A stretch of DNA of 8,115 nt, taken from assembly GCA_051294375.1 (NCBI GenBank), contig JBJCIZ010000974.1, positions 1,512-9,626 on the forward strand, in the 5' to 3' direction. Positions 7,384 to 8,115 of this stretch are shown here, one piece after another. Below the pieces are notes generated by a model, which made no database searches, had not been told where the DNA came from, and was given only the letters and a program-made list of their open reading frames with translations. Numbering within the stretch: position 1 is the stretch's first letter; every line of letters starts with the position of its first letter. The DNA is from Paraspadella gotoi. Taxonomy: Eukaryota; Animalia; Chaetognatha. A program made the translations under genes and the position numbers.

Positions 7384-8115
7384 GTAAAAAACTAAGGTTC
7401 CATACAACCTTTTCCAGAGAAACAATTTATGATCGTTTTTACTGTAGAAAATGTTTATCATTTTCTATACCAAGTTGAGGCAAAGGATTTGACATGAGAT
7501 CTTTTCTACAAATACATAATTTTTTGCTAAAAATACATTTCAAAACATTTTGAACTAATCCGCTGACTACCATACTACTTTTTATCGACTAATAAATGAT
7601 AACATACTTTGGACAATTGACATGGGTAAGCTGATTTCTATGAATGTACTACTACAAATATACTCATTTATTTAGAGTAAAAAAGAATTGATTTGTATTG
7701 AAGTTCTATTAAACAAAAAATTGTTGCATTCTTCAACAATAATTATTATAATCCATCTTCAGGATTAAATAAAGAANNNNNNNNNNNNNNNNNNNNNNNN
7801 NATCAATTCTTTTTACTCTAAATAAACGAGTATATTTGTAGGAGTAGTACAATTATAGGAATCAGCTTACCATGTCAATTGTCCAAAGTATGTTATCATT
7901 TATTAGTCGATAAAAAGTTAGTATGGTAGTCAGCGGATTAGTTCAAATGTTTTGAAATGTATTTTTAGCAAAAAATTAAGTATTTGTAGAAAAGATCCCA
8001 TGTCAAATCCTTTGCCTCAACTTGGCATAGAAAATGATAAACATTTTCTACAGTAAAATCGATCATAATTGTTTCTCTGGAAAAGGTTGTATAAAACCTT
8101 AGTTTTTACTGTAGA
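7378..8115. repeat. Long inverted repeat, arms 7378-7692 and 7802-8115, running to the window edge; includes module B (7443-8051) with the same terminal motif
   Basis: 7802-8115 is the reverse complement of 7378-7692 with scattered substitutions and small indels. The arms are separated by 84 bp of unique sequence and the N gap. Confidence 0.92.
7777..7801. other. Assembly gap (25 N)
   Basis: Run of N. Confidence 1.

Noticed and set aside
7195-8115. CRISPR array
   Set aside because: The repeats alternate in orientation with very unequal spacing, the context is eukaryotic, and there are no cas genes.

Overview
Eukaryotic, probably animal, genomic DNA with GC-rich exons, AT-rich spliceosomal introns and microsatellites; none of the supplied ORFs is a complete gene. 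The main feature is a four-exon minus-strand gene (about 4004 to 1140). Stitched across frames, its translation follows my recollection of the N-terminal, pre-ankyrin region of ANKAR motif by motif, but it stops before any ankyrin or armadillo repeat and needs about a dozen or more frame switches. It converges tail-to-tail with an unidentified plus-strand multi-exon gene (about 20-1032). The middle of the window holds a GC-box promoter candidate, simple repeats and a 21-bp tandem repeat with Asp/Asn-rich coding potential. The last 1.2 kb is a cluster of palindromes and fold-back modules sharing a TGTAGAAAATGTTTAT terminal motif, the largest surrounding a 25-N gap; a diverged copy of one arm lies at 367-446. 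The frameshifts are best explained by low consensus accuracy, so novelty claims are provisional.
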